Shown here: piece by piece, positions 27,802 to 41,535 of the stretch
Position numbering within the stretch: the stretch's first letter is position 1
Layout of the letters: every line of letters starts with the position of its first letter
Source of the DNA: Cenococcum geophilum
Lineage: Eukaryota
Length of the DNA stretch: 64,000 bases
Reading direction: 5' to 3'
Assembly: GCA_050273025.1 (NCBI GenBank)
Contig: CP158636.1
Coordinates: 10,168,001 to 10,232,000 of the forward strand
Made by a program: the position numbers and the translations under genes
Notes under the pieces: model-generated
What the model was told of the DNA's origin: nothing
What the model saw: the letters and a program-made list of their open reading frames with translations, nothing else
Database searches by the model: none

Positions 27802-28731
27802 ATGCTAAAAGAAATATTATAGCCGCAGGTGGTTGCATCACTAATCTACATCGCAGCGTTTCTCTTATATTTTACACTTACACTCTTAGTTATCTACAAA
27901 AAGGCGAACTTAAACGCTAGTATTGTTACATTAATTATAGGAGGCCAACTCTATTATTATATCTTACAGGAACTAACAGAAGCATAGTTTAACTCCCCCT
28001 CTCTTTAAGTGCGGGATAGTTTGTGGCTTTAATTATATGGCTTAGGAATCCTAGATTTAAATAACTTAAACTCTCTACCTAGTAAGGTTTAGAGTGCCGC
28101 TATAGGAGCCTAAAGCCTTATTAGCGTAGCTTATAGTGCTATTACTAGTGCTATAAGTGCGGTATAAAGTTCTATAAATAATATGGTGCCGAAAAACTGC
28201 AGTTTAGGTATAAAAAATTACACTATTATATTTAACGACTATGTCGATTATAGGAGCCTGCCACTTAACCTTATAAATGTTCTACCCGAAGCCTTTATAA
28301 AGATCCTAAGTAATTAACTTAAAAAACTTTAAGCTGTAGATAACGTATTAATACGAGTGACTTCTATAAATATTACTTACTGCTTAATTCCGGGTTTAGT
28401 TTTGGTCGTAATTCTAAGCTTAATATTTTTTTCTTCTATATTTAAGCCTCCATCTTACTTCGAGGCTCGTCTTTAGGCTCTTAGTATTTAACTAAAAAGA
28501 ATCCTTTGTGCACTATATTGTTTAGTTTACTATATCCCCTTTTTAATTCCAGCTATTATTTTGCAAATTTTACTATTTAAAACTAAACACCTCCCCAATT
28601 ATATTAAGGCGGAGAGGGGGAAGGTTAGTGGATATTGCTTAGGGGCTCTATATTGTATTATAGTTATAGTCTTATTAACCCTCTTTACGCCATTCTTAAC
28701 TTTGGACATAAGTTACCTCTCTAATCTCTAA
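27802..28731 (+). pseudogene. SUR7/PalI-like multi-pass membrane protein
   Basis: N-terminal hydrophobic helix, Ser/Ala-rich spacer, VPKNCSLGIKNYTIIFNDYVDYRSLP (RIP-eroded Cys loop), then three hydrophobic helices. Confidence 0.5.
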
Positions 28732-28999
28732 GGGTTTTATATATTAATAGGCACTACTAGTACTAAAAACGTGGCTTTAAAAAGAAAGCAAGAGGGGGGT
28801 ATTTAGGAATCATATATTTAGTATAAACGTATTACTTAAATCTATATAGTTTTCTTAAAGGTAGCACTAGGAGGAATAGAAATATATTAGCCCTTCTTAT
28901 AGATTTTTAGTAATAACTATACTATATATATATAATATTAGGCTAATAAGTAGGGAAGAATATACGAAGCAACCCTCCATCCCTTTCTATTTGTGAAGA

Positions 29000-29260
29000 T
29001 ACCGCGGCCAACTATTATAAAGATGTTCTTAAATACTCCTCTTCTAATATAGCCTTTCTAAACTTAAGTATTCGTTAGTGTAGCTTCTTAGCCTTAGTAT
29101 AGAGTCCTTAACGGTCTAAAACCCATCTAAGAAGCCCTAAGGCATCAAGCGTGTTAATGTTATCGTTTCCGTTTATAATTCGGCAACCTTCCACTAATCT
29201 ATAAATTACTTCCTCTGCAGACTTATATTTTTAAAAAATAGAGAAAGTAGAGAAAATAGG
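29000..29260 (-). pseudogene. TPR (kinesin-light-chain type) fragment
   Basis: KYKSAEEVIYRLVEGCRIINGNDNINTLDALGLLRWVLDR*GLYTKAKKLH*RILKFRKAILEEEYLRT. Confidence 0.6.
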
Positions 29261-29440
29261 TAACTATAGTTAGCGTTAAAACCAGGAACTGTCTTAAGCT
29301 TAGCATTATAGCGGTAAGCACGCCGCTAGCTAAGGCGGCGCGGTTACTAAGTTAACCGGAGCGCGCCGGAATTCCCTAAACCCTAACTAGTTCTCGCGAC
29401 GTTAATTATATAACTTTATAATACGGCCTAATATACGGCT

Positions 29441-30677
29441 ATGTCTACGTCATAGGCTCCTCTAAAAAAACATTAATATATTATACCGCCTTCGAGCTTT
29501 ATAAATGCGCCTTTAACGCCTCCGCCAACTGATAAAAAAGCCTTTACCTAAACTCCTTAAGTTATTACGCTTTTTAAAGATATCTAAGCTGGAAGATATA
29601 TTAAGCAATACCTATAGATAAAGTTCTAGCTTGCGTAAGGGGAATATAAGGAATTAGTATATCGGCTCAGGCGAGACAAGTTACTATTTAGATATATTAA
29701 GGACAAGATACAGTACATTACCCCTAAAAAGGATAGAGAGACCAGCTAATAATAGAAATTAGATAAATATAACTATAACAGAAGGAAGAATTAACTTATT
29801 ATTTGTATACCGACTAGCGTATACGAGCTCTTTATTAATAGCGTTAAAAATATAATTTAAAGTCAGCTAAAACTAATTCGCAACGGATTAGATAGGGCGG
29901 CACTCTTTATATAAAAGGTACGCCTAGCCTATTCTACTAAAGTTTATTTTTAAGTTGATACTCCGCCTAGTATAATATCGAAACATAAGCCAGATGCTTC
30001 TTTTTAGCATAAAGATGCACGATACCCTAGGGTTATAATTAAAGTCGTATATTCGCAGAAAAGGAAAAGGTTAAGCCGACTAGCTAAAGATTATCTTCTA
30101 GATTCGAATGCTAGCGTATAAGTTATTATTAGCCTAGACATTAAATACGGCAAAAAGGGGTCGCGTAAGGCAATATTATTAGTATAGCGAACTTATATAG
30201 TTAATACTGCTAATAGGGATAAGTTAAGAGTGGTTTAAGAAGTTATGGATAATATATATACTATTCTAAGACACTACTCTTTCTTCTTTACTCTAATATT
30301 CTTTATAGGCATTCCGCAATAACTAAGGAAACCCTACCAATTATCTAAGCCTGCGACTTTAGCTAAAAGACTTTGCTTATAAAGAACTTGTATATAATAA
30401 AATTAGAGATAAAGATTAAGAACTAGTTATCTCTACTTAGCAACTCTATGAATACCTTAATACGGCGGAGACTATAGTAGGACGGCTAAAATCACTTAGT
30501 GAGTATTTAATTGCTCCTAGGCTTAAGAAGCGCAAAAGATTAGAGACACCTTTAGACTAAATTACTTCTGGTGATAAAGCGAGGTATATTAAGGAAAAGG
30601 AAAGAGCAGCAAAGCGTATAGCAGACGATAACCTAAATTATAAGAATACATTAATAAGAAGTTCTTCGTCAGACTAA
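29441..30677 (+). pseudogene. PD-(D/E)XK restriction-endonuclease-fold (Uma2-like) protein
   Basis: ATG at 29441; SKHKPDASF*HKDARYPRVIIKVVYSQKRKRLSRLAKDYLLDSNASV*VIISLDIKYG, which de-RIPs to PD...P.V.IEV.YSQ...L...A..YL. Two introns. Confidence 0.65.
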
Positions 30678-31899
30678 AAGACAATTTACTCGCAATTTAT
30701 AACCATCTTATTAGACATCTTAGCGTTAAAATAGGTACTTTAGCACTAATTCCTACTTCCTTATTATAATATTAAGTCATTTGGCAGTAATATTCCGGAC
30801 CCCCTATAGAGCTAGGAAACAATCCGCTATACATAGCCAGGATTTAACTGCCGCTTAGCTCAGTCAGCATTTACAAAAACTTTCCATCCGTACTTTATTC
30901 GTACTTTATTCGTACTCCTTCCATCTCACTATTATTTCTACAGCCTTCATCTCTAGCGTATCTTAAGTGTCCGCCTCCTAAGCTCCAGAATACCCCCTAT
31001 TAGGTAAGGGGCTATAACAAATTACTTATAATAAGTAACCTATATTAATCTAAAACTAATAAGCGGAGTTGCTATATAAGGCGAAATGATTCTACCTATA
31101 AAATATCTATAATTTACATTATATAATCCATTTAAAGATTTAAATTATAGGCGGGTTGTATTAGAGGGATATAGGACAAAATAATAGAGCAATAATTAAT
31201 ACTTAGACATTTAAAGGTAGATAGGCTAGCTCTTAACACTTAGTGTATATATTTACACTATATATCCTAGAGTATTAAACTTTATCTAAGCTTTCTATAT
31301 AATAACTACTTGGTTTTTTATATTATAGAAAGTCTCTAGCCCTTAGGTATAGGCGAAACAAGTAGTATAGAAATCCTTACTTAGTAAGGTCCCATTAAAC
31401 CAAAATTAGAAACCTATTATAGCCGTCTAGCTATTATAAGTTGGCACTATTTAGTTAACCTTTAGGGAGGTAAGGTTATTATAAACAAGGTAAGGCCCTC
31501 TAGCATATTTATTAATACTAAAGGGGAACCATTGGTTGCATATATTATCTAAGGTAGTATTATAGCTACTAAGCAGCAGAAGGCCGGGTATAGTATAGCT
31601 TTAAATAGGACCTACATCCATAGTAAGTGGGGCGGCGGTAGCGGAAGGAAGGAGGGAGATAATAGGGAGGATAATAATGGATATATATATAATGTTATAA
31701 CTTATTCCAATTTCTTAAATATAGAACTTATTTAGATATTATGCTTAATTATTTAAGGTTATATTAGACCTTAAAAGAGAATTTAGAAACTACTATAGGG
31801 CATAATATAACTAGAGGGGATAAGAGCGCTAAAATACGGAGTTGGAGTTAGGGATTTTTAGTTAAGGACATTATAATCAGCAGTACAAAGAACGCCTAA

Positions 31900-33060
31900 T
31901 AGTAAACCTCTTAACCCTTCCTTTCCTAGCTATCTCCTAGAGACTATTAACTACGCGCACGCCTATAACTATTAATAGCTACTACTAACCGATACTAAAG
32001 CTACTTTAGGCCCCTGGAAATACCTATTATATTAAGAAAATGCTTCCCTCTAAAAATTAATGGCCTTATATAATTGCTTTTTTAAAATTACTACTTAACC
32101 TAGAAAGCAGATTTACTATAAAGGACCTAATTTATTAATAAATCGTAAAGATAATTACCTATACAAAGTATACTTCTTTTATTTTTATAAATTTTACTAG
32201 TAACACCTAGTATATATATCTTTTACAATTACAGAATAGATATCCTTTAAGAATAGTTTTACAGTTACAATAATTCTAAGACACGCCCCACCCTATATTA
32301 TTAATTGGATACAACTTGCCGTAAAGATGCTCTTAACGTAATAGAACCTAATATTTGCTACGATTTATACTCCCACCTCTACAGCGATATAGACTGAAAA
32401 GATGCGCTTATACTTATAGACGATACTATTTATAATAAACTGCTTATAGGCATAACTAATAAGGAGGTTATATTAACCCTTAACCTAATACCTAGTTAAC
32501 AGCTTATAACTTCAATTTTCTAGCTTAAAGAGTTACGTTATATAAGAGTCCTTAACTATATAAGTAAGTAGGAGTTAGGAAGAGCAACTGCAATTCTTAA
32601 GGTGCGGAATCTAAGTCGTTATTATTATCCGTGTTTAGTTGCGGTCGATCTATTATTTAAATAATACGATAGCTGTAAAAATATATATTCTCTAGGGGAA
32701 ACTCAATAGATTATAGATTGTAAGGTTTATACCATCCATTAGCGATATAAGTTAGATAAGAATAAATGCCCGATTTATATACCTCTAAAGAATATTCTCT
32801 CTTATTAATCGTCGGATTACCTTATAGCAATTAAGCCTACACATATAATAGTACTTGGCATTATCTCTTAGCCAAATAATTTAATTCGTTACGCCCTAGT
32901 ACTCTTTAAAGAGGACGGGCCAATATATTAGTATAAGGCGTAGGTATTAGAAAGTTATTTCGGTAATGTATTTACAGATAATCTTAAAGTTTTTAACTCT
33001 CTTCCGGTTAATTTACGATTCTATAAAGTATAGTCTATAAGTAGATGCCTACTTAAATAG
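31900..33060 (+). pseudogene. Hypothetical protein, tandem paralog A
   Basis: GPWKYLLY...ICYDLYSHLYSDID*KDALILID...KNKCPIYIPLKN...VLGIIS*PNNLIRYALVLFKEDGPIY*YKA, colinear with paralog B. Confidence 0.7.
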
Positions 33061-33099
33061 CTAATATATCCTTTAATGGAAATTATAAAAGACTGCATT

Positions 33100-33367
33100 T
33101 GTAACGGGCTTATATAAATACCTTTAAGACGAAGCTTGTAGATTGCTACTATACAAAGATACTAAGCTAAAGAAAAGAAGAGGAGGAAGGCCCTTAGGGG
33201 TTAACGCAAATATAAAGGGGTCGCTAAGGTACTAAGTGGTAAGCGAGCCAATAGCGATTTTCCATGCCCAGCATAGAAAATCCTAATTAGTTAGTAGACG
33301 TCAGGGTCAGCAGAATTTAGCAGAATTTAGTAGGATTTAATAGGTAACGTGCCCTAGCACCGTCATA
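33100..33367 (+). mobile_element. Solo LTR, family B
   Basis: TGTAACGGG...GCACCGTCATA with flanks GCATT/GTATT (TSD with one RIP change). Homologous to 38809-39017 and 45405-45662. Strand is relative orientation only. Confidence 0.8.
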
Positions 33368-33599
33368 GTATTAATATAGAGGATCTTAAGTATATAAGCT
33401 AGTATAAGGAAAAAATAATTAGTTCCTTATTAACTTAAAGTAACAATTTACGTTAATATATCTACACAGCCTAGATATAGATAAGATGGTATATAAGAGA
33501 AAATACGATTTAGATTTAGATTCTATAGTAAGTTTTATAGTAGAGTAAATAACTACTGCGGTTCTAGAATATCCTTAGGCTAATATATAACTATATAAT

Positions 33600-34801
33600 T
33601 CTCGGGATATAGATGCGCATTTAATTATCGCGAAGATATTCCTAGTCTCTATAGAGCATATCCGCTAGTATATACTTAAACCTATTTAGATATATACGAT
33701 AATATCACAACTAGCAGTCCTAGCCGTCGACCTCGCTTACGCCAATGCTTTAGGTGCCTAAAAATACCCATTACACTAATAAAATGCTCCCCTCTAAAAA
33801 TTGAGGGCCTTATGCAACCGCTTTCTTAAAATTACTACTTACTCTAAAAAGTAGATTTACTATAAAAGACCTAACTTATTAGTTAATCGCTAAGATATTT
33901 AAGCATACTTCTTCTATTTCTATAAATTTCATAAGTAACGCCTAATAAATATACCTTCCCTAGCTCCAGAATAGATACTCTTAAAGAAGAGTTTTATAGC
34001 TGCGATAACCTAGATACGCGCTTTCGCCTATATTATTAATTAAATGCAGTTTATTATAAAGTTGTCTTTAAAAATATAGAGCATAATACTTGCTATAATT
34101 TATACTCCCGTCTCTATACTAATTTAGACAAAAAAGAGGCACTTATACTTATAGATAATGCTACTCGCACCAAATTGCTTACGCAGATAGCTAATAATAA
34201 GGCTAGGATATCAGCCTTCAACCTAATAAACGACCAGAATTTCTCGACTACATTGTGTTGGCTTGAAGAGCCACTTTATATAGAACTCTTAAAGGATATA
34301 AGCTAGGCAGAGTTGGAAAGAGCAATTTTAATTATAACTATCCGTAATAAAAAAGGAGCAAAGCAGCTGGCTCCTTCGCCATTAATTGCGACCGGTTCGT
34401 TATCTAAAATATACGCTTAGTGCAAAGATGTTCATAGTATAGGGGAATCTATATAGTCTGCAGACTGTTATATTTATTCCTTCTATAAGCAATACAGACC
34501 TAATAATAATAAGAATAAATGTCCCGTCTATACACCTCCGAAAAACGTTATCCTTTGCTAGTTGTAGAAATACCTTAAAGCATAGACTAGCAGAATAATG
34601 ATAATCGGCCTTATATCTTAGTTAATATCCTTAATTCGCTACGTCCTAGTAACCTTTAAAGGTAATAGGTAGGCGTATTAGTATAAGGTGTAGGAAATTG
34701 AATTTCATATAGGTAGGGAGAATTTTAGGGCATTGCTAGATAAGTTTAGAGCTGTTTCAATTAATTTACGATTTTATTAGGTGCAATTTATAAACAGATA
34801 A
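33600..34801 (+). pseudogene. Hypothetical protein, tandem paralog B
   Basis: GA*KYPLH...TCYNLYSRLYTNLDKKEALILID...KNKCPVYTPPKN...IIGLIS*LISLIRYVLVTFKGNR*AY*YKV. Confidence 0.7.
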
Positions 34802-35875
34802 GTAAATAAAGGACGAAATTAAACCCTATAAGTATCTAAACTTCCTATTTAACTAGCTAGTACATTCTTTAGCTTTAAATAGAGTAATTAATACTACATT
34901 AGTATAAATAGTCCTAGGTAAGCAAGCAGTATAAAGAAAATCCATTAATTTTCTTATTGCCTTTAAAAGGGGTACACTATCCCTTGTAACGGTAGCGTCC
35001 TACTACTAAGTAATTATGTACTAATAAAATAATAATTGAAACACCTTGGCTTAATCCAATTAGTTCAATAATTATAGGACATATTTTACAGTTGTAAGGG
35101 ATAACGCATCCACGTACTAGGCCATAGGTTAAATAGTACGTAAAGAACACAATATTCAAATTCTAAAGTGTATTACTATACTTATAGAGAGTTTATACAA
35201 ACATTTAAGCGCCATTTACTTCTTTAACCTTCCTTTTTAATGCTTATATTAGCCTTTATTTAGCAATAAATCCTCCCATAAATCCTCCCCAGTATTCTCT
35301 ATTCTGGCTTTATATCTATCTAGTCTATTATCTAAGGGATCTTTAAAAAGGTATAATGGCGCAGAGGCTAAGTTATATAAAGGTGGAGATGAAGCTGCGA
35401 TAGGCGTTTCTAGTATATCTTCGGCCTAGTAAAAGGCCTAGTGGCCTATTTAAGAAATGCGAACCTATATACAACAACAACGGACTTACCTTAGTGTTAT
35501 GTTTTAAATAAGGATAATAATATATATATTTAGATCTTTAAGAGGATAAAGATTTAAGCAAGTAGGATAATTATAATTATCCTAATATAGAAAGACAAGA
35601 ACATGCTTACTAAAACTCCTACTAAAGAAATTTGATATTTTAAGGAGAATGACTCCGCGTAATTCTAATAAAGGGTTTATATAATAGGGGGGTAAGACTA
35701 ATAAGACCGATAAGACTAGTAACACATCACTTTTCAGCTAAGGGTGAAAAAATAATATTTAACCATTATAACCTAGCCTTATGCTAGAACCTTTTAGTAT
35801 AACGCGCTAATCCTTACACCCTAGCAGAGAACAATTTGAAATAATCTGCGGAACATTAACTCTATTAGCGGAATA

Positions 35876-36400
35876 ATACTCAAAATATAACTTCTTACTA
35901 TGGCTTCCGTAGCTATCCTAGCTATCACTCCTATTATACAAGCTGCTTAAGCCAAAATTTACAATAAATGCTTATTTAAAGTCTACCTTTAGTTAGTTAC
36001 TGCGGACCATTCGTTTAATATAATTACTCTTTAGCCTGCCGATATCTATAATAAGACATACCAAGTACCTAGTCGTGGCGGCGTGTTGTTAAAACTCTTA
36101 ATTACGGAAATAACTACGAACTTTACCCTTATTACCCAATTTAAATACACTCTAGTAGGAGGCAAAATTTGGTACAATATATTAAATATCAATTGTGTAA
36201 CCAACTCCTACCCTTTTTAGCCCTATAGACTGTATATATAGAGTAGCCTAGGCTGCCTAACTCGTAGCTATATTACTAGCGTACCTATTTACGCGGGCGC
36301 ATATAATAACCTAAATGATAATGAAAATACTCTCTCTTATAGTGGGAATTCTAATATATCACTCTATCTATACACCGAAACTCTTCCGCTTTCGTACTAG
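35876..36400 (+). pseudogene. Secreted BYS1-domain (thaumatin-like) protein
   Basis: Signal-like start, then AKIYNKCLFKVYL*LV...GGVLLKL...ITQFKYTL...IWYNILNINC...PF...AYNNLND...LYLY, matching BYS1 N.C.F.VYLWSV / TQFEYTL / WYD.S.I after RIP reversal. Confidence 0.75.
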
Positions 36401-36892
36401 TAAGTAAAATGCTTTAGTAATTATCTAGTCCTACATTTCTTTGCTAATCTTTATTACGGAACTATCTTAAATATCTTACTAAGAAAACATAAATTAAATT
36501 TACTATTTAGTTACCCTCAATATAGGAATCAATTATAGCTTAATATATGCTTTTTATAGTAGAAAATATAAATCTTTTATAGCTAGAAAATCTTGCTCTA
36601 TATTTATTTATTAATTATTTAACCTAAACTAAAACTAAAACTTACCTTTACTTAGGGCTAATTATATAATAAGTCACTAAGTAAATAGGCGCAATTTAGA
36701 GACTTACTTAGCGGGCAAACTCGCTAGTTCTAGAGCTAGTATAGTACTAGCAATATATTTAGGCCTAACTATTTTATAGTAGCTATTACTTTTATACATC
36801 TATACTAAATACAAATAATTAGCGTACGTAGGTAGGCTAGCTATAAATGTCAAGTTTTACCTCTATCTTACTCTTACTATATTACTTTAACT

Positions 36893-38493
36893 ATAGCAGC
36901 GAGCATTATTATAGCGCTTTTATCCATCTTTTATCTTACTTAGTCGCACCTCTTTATAGGCAATCCGCCGCCTTTCTAATAGAGTAAATTTACCGATATT
37001 ACGCAATTAGTTATGCTAATAAATGGGATTAAGATTTATAGCCAGCAGCCTTTCCCGTGTAAGGGGCACTATATTAGTAATAACAAAGCTACTAATAAAC
37101 TAGGAGTTATATAGCAGGCTAGGCAGAACGTCACCTTCCAATATAACAAACTAGTGGTAAGACTTAACATATATTTACTAACACTCAGTATTAGACTGTT
37201 TAATTCTATAAATACTATAAGCCCTACTATAAACCAAATAAAGGGAGCCGCTTATAGTGGCGGTTTATATCAAATTTTATTCTCCTATAATTAAGGCATA
37301 ACATAGGTTATAGTTTAGAACTTTAAGGGAAATTGCCCCTAGGTTAGAAAGGGTAAAGAGGGGATAGTAACTAATTATTATAATATAAACCAAGACTACC
37401 ATTTTATAATCCCTGAAGATTTTCCTTTAGAAGATAACGTCATTGTTATATAGTAAGGCCTTTATTTCTACCGTGCTTAGATTAATAATAATAATTTTAG
37501 GACCTAGATTAATAACACTAGAAATTGAGAATTCTATATATTGTGCTCTCCCGTTAAAATAATAGGGGTTAGAGCGTCCGTTTTGGTTATACCTTAGGGT
37601 TCGCCACTACTAATTGCTAATCTCCAAGCTAATCCTTCCGCTCTTTTTATAAATGATTAAATTTAGGCGAGCTATTATATAGATGATTCGACAGCTATTA
37701 TCTACCTAGATATATATAAAGGATATAACCCAGTTATATAAGTGCCAAAGGCGCTAAATCTTATGCCCTTTCTAGGAGGGGAAAATCTTGTTTACGCCTC
37801 TAATAATTTAAATATGGTGAAGGCGCTTTAAAGAGGGCTTCAAAGTAGGGCATTTTAGAGTAGAGTTTAAAGTAAGACTATCCGCTGGATTTTCTAAGGG
37901 CTATACTTACCACCGTAAATTTATATAGGCAATGCATATCCGCAGGCATCACAGGGAGAGGCTTCGCCGCTAGTTCCCTCGTTATCTTTATCTCTTTCTC
38001 TACTATCGTCTTCTACCTCCCCCCCCAATGCATCTTCCCGCCTATTATTAGAGTTAATATTTCCTCACTTAGTACTTTTAGTCCTTCCTCTCTTAGAATC
38101 TTTAGCTTTTGCTTTTACCTCTAAGCAACAAGGCTCCCTAACTTCATCTATATTAAGTACTTAGGTTATAAATACTTCTACTTCTAACTCTTTTTTACCT
38201 ACTAGTAGATTGTGTTTATAATTAATAGACTCTAGTATAATCTCCCCTAGCACGTTATAGACGAGTAGTATTTCTATAGTAACTACTATACTATCTAGTT
38301 CGGACGCGGTTATAACGTTAACTATTACTACTATTTTAAGCGCTGCGACTTATTTACTTATTGAGATTTTCTATATAAACCCAGACTCGCCATATCCCTT
38401 CTATATAGCAATTTATCAGTCTTTATAAAAATATGGATAAGGTAAGGGGATTTTAGAATATTCTATTATTAAACACTACTTTGTTTTTATTTA
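36893..38493 (+). pseudogene. AA11-like lytic polysaccharide monooxygenase with Ser/Thr-rich tail
   Basis: An 18-codon signal peptide is followed by His (CAC 36947-36949: HLFIGNPPPF), then QPFPCKG, GAAYSGGLYQILFSYN (from GAAHSGGSCQISFSYD), GNCPR, *T*INNTRN*EFYILC (from WTW.N..GNREFYM.C). Confidence 0.8.
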
Positions 38494-38808
38494 AAGCGTT
38501 CTAGTATAGACAACGGCTAGGGTTTTAGTTATAGGGGGAAATTAAATTAAGCCAACTTGCTACGTTTTTACACTATAACAGAATATTCTATTAAACTTTC
38601 CGCTATAGGCAGTTTACTACCATATTACTTACCACTAGTTTCTGTTGCCTATACCTACCTTATATATATAAAGAGACCTTCTAAAGTCAGCTTTAATCAA
38701 TAGAGTTCTCACTCTTAATCGTACTATTTAATAATAGGGAATTTGCTAAGGGAATGGACGAGTAGGCTAGAGATACTATTAAACTAGGTAACGTCCCCCA
38801 CTGCGTAG

Positions 38809-39017
38809 TATAATGGCTTGCATAAACGCCTCTAAACCGAAGCTTATAAAATGCTATCTTATAAAGATACTAAGCTAAGGAGAAGGAAAAGGGGTTACTA
38901 GGACTGATGTAAACAAATATATAAAATAAGCCGCTAAGGCGCTAGCTTTAGGCGAGCCAATTATAAGTCGGCAGAATATAGTAGAATTTAGCAGTAATAT
39001 ATAATAGCGCCGTTATA
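38809..39017 (+). mobile_element. LTR remnant, family B (no matching TSD)
   Basis: TATAATGGC...GCGCCGTTATA, sharing gaagcttata...aaagatactaagctaaggagaa and agaatttagcag with 33100-33367. Confidence 0.65.
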
Positions 39018-39059
39018 ACACCTAAGCCACTAGCTTAACTAACAGTTCCAAAAGCCGAT

Positions 39060-39536
39060 AAAGTGCCTTATTTACCAGACAATGTACTATAAATACCTAT
39101 AATATTAGTGTCACCAAAGGCTCTTACGTTATTATATAATCTAATTAACCGGGACACTTCTGCGCTTAATAAATAAAGCAAACAGCGCCTATAGAGGCAT
39201 ATATAGAAGCTCGCAAGTGCCGCCCAAATATCCTTTACTAAATATTCCCTTTTTTAAGATTAAAATCAATTCTTATATAAGATAAATAATAAAGCTAAAG
39301 TTCGCCGATTAACCTAATAAGTAGTCCTAGGTAAGGCAAAGGTAATAAGCTTTAAGGACCTTAAGGAGGCATAAGTAAAGCGTGCTAAGAAGGACAAAGC
39401 TACCGCAAATAAGCCAAAACGTAATTGTAAGCGTAAGAATCCTGCGCCGGAGGCGGATATGCTAGACCCAGAGCTAAAGCTAGAGCTAGAGCCAGAGCCA
39501 AAGCCTTAGAGAGCCCTAGTAGTACGGATATATTAA
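39060..39536 (+). mobile_element. pogo/Fot1 (Tan1-like) transposase C-terminal remnant
   Basis: SKQRL*RHI*KLASAAQISF...NQFLYKINNKAKVRRLT**VVLGKAKVISFKDLKEA*VKRAKK...P*RALVVRIY* is the characteristic C-terminus of fungal Fot1/Tan1 transposases. The DDE core is absent. Confidence 0.8.
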
Positions 39537-40499
39537 AACAGTATTGTTAAAGTATAGGTACCTTACGCTAGGAGTTATACAGATTATATAGGAATTTTAG
39601 AGGCGTATCTAGCAGTCACTAGCTTTTATTAGTTATAGTTACTAAAGCAGATTTTATATATTCTAAGCGTCCGCAGGGGGGAAAGGTTCTATAATACTAT
39701 GGCCCTAACAGCCACGGGAAGTTAGTAATGGCCTTATTAGTGGCGCGCGGGTAATAAGCCAAGTACACTTATAAAAGAATGGTTAATAGGACCATAAAGT
39801 GCACTTAAAGCGGCCTAATCTAACGCACTAGCTTATTATACGATTAATAAAATCTAACTATACCCTCCTGCCCTCGTTCAAAAACGTGCTATTGACGTAT
39901 ATTAACTAGCGGGGTTTTCTAAGCAGCTACTAATGTATATAGTAATCGCATCTCTAAAATCTAGCAACCTGTAGACACTTAATATATACTATATCCTAGC
40001 TAACCAATACAGGCGCCCCGTGTTATCAGCGTTAAGAGCTAGCTAGAGGCATACTATTAAAGCCAATACTCTTAGGTATAAAATAGCTAACTTAGCTTAT
40101 CTAATATCTGTCCCTAAGTATAGAGACGCACCTTAACTTAAGCAAAATATATACCTACGTTAACAACCCCTACTTATACTCTAAATATAACCAGAACCAC
40201 ACCTTCCCTAAATAATTATATAATTACTACCGGAATGGCAGTACGGCAACCGGCCCTTATAACAATCCCATACCGGCTAAAGGGGTAAACGGATAAATAA
40301 TTACCTTTAGTAGTTCTAAGAAGCCTAGGAAATACCCGCTCTACGCTTATTATATAGCCCCGTCCTCCTAATTTATTATCGCCTTACTAATCTATAGGTA
40401 AGAAACACGAGCAAGCCAAAAACTAAAACTGTAATAGTTGTCTTAAGGAGGGAATAAATAAAGGGATAGGTTCTACCACAAAAGTTAATAGCTAAACGG

Positions 40500-41290
40500 C
40501 GTTAGTATATAATAGTTAAGGGAGATTAATAAGTAGCACACCTTTAAGAATATTATCTGCACTTATAAACCTGCTTTACTAGCACCCTATAATAATATCG
40601 CCCATTAGTTCTAGACTTTTTATCTTAGGAAACTTAGATTGTTTAAACAAATTAGTAATTTCTATCTCTTTAAGCCTAAGCTCAAAGTATAGAGGTTTGC
40701 CTATCTAGATTTTATATAGGGTAGAGCTAAGGGCAAACAGGTCTGCCTAAGTTAATTTCAGGTTAGCTCTAGGATATTTATAGCTCGCAGTTACTATAAT
40801 AGATGGCTTAAAGCCATCTAATAAGGAGCCACTAAAGTTGAGGAGCTTTACGTATAGGCTGTCGTCTAAGGAAATGTTGCCGCACGTTAAATCCGTATAA
40901 ATAACATTTATTAAATAAACAAAGGCAAGCGCACTAGTAACTTATTAAGCCCATTAAAGGCGTTGCTTAGTATAAATCTTATAGGTTTAAATATATTGGC
41001 GGAGTCTATTCTTACTTATATATTCTAGCTAGATACCAAATCCAAAGGTACTATAAAACTTTAGCAAACCTTTATGCCCGCCGTATTACTAGAACCGCTT
41101 ATAGATCTATCTCTTAACTTTAACAGCGGGCTCTTCTTCTACTTAGTAAGGATATTTAATAATAGTATTAAAGGAGGAGTCTAGGTATACTATGCTCGTA
41201 AGTCCGGAGTTAAGGTAGTTTATTATATTAAACCCGGTTAAAAATCTAATAGCGGTTATCTTTTAGTTATGCGGTAGAGGAGTAAGGGCG
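40500..41290 (-). pseudogene. Protein kinase pseudogene, paralog of 14150-15413
   Basis: NSGLTSIVYLD...TIIKYP...IYKRF...GI*LEY...NVIYTDLTCGNISLDDSLYVKLLNFSGSLLDG...ADLFALSSTLYKI. Confidence 0.85.
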
Positions 41291-41535
41291 GTCCTAAGTT
41301 AATATAACTCGTATAGCTTATATAAGCAGCTGTTTATTACTAGAGGGTATAATTCTTCTATAAAAGGGTTAAGAGAGGGATATTATTACTAAAACCGTAT
41401 TAGGGAATATAGTTATAGCAGCGAAGTGGCTTAAGGAAGGTAGTAAGGCTTATTAGTCCGTAATAGGGAGGCGCAATTATAGAATAGGGTAGACGGCAGC
41501 AAGCTTAAAGACAGGGCGGACGTAGTTAGGAGACA

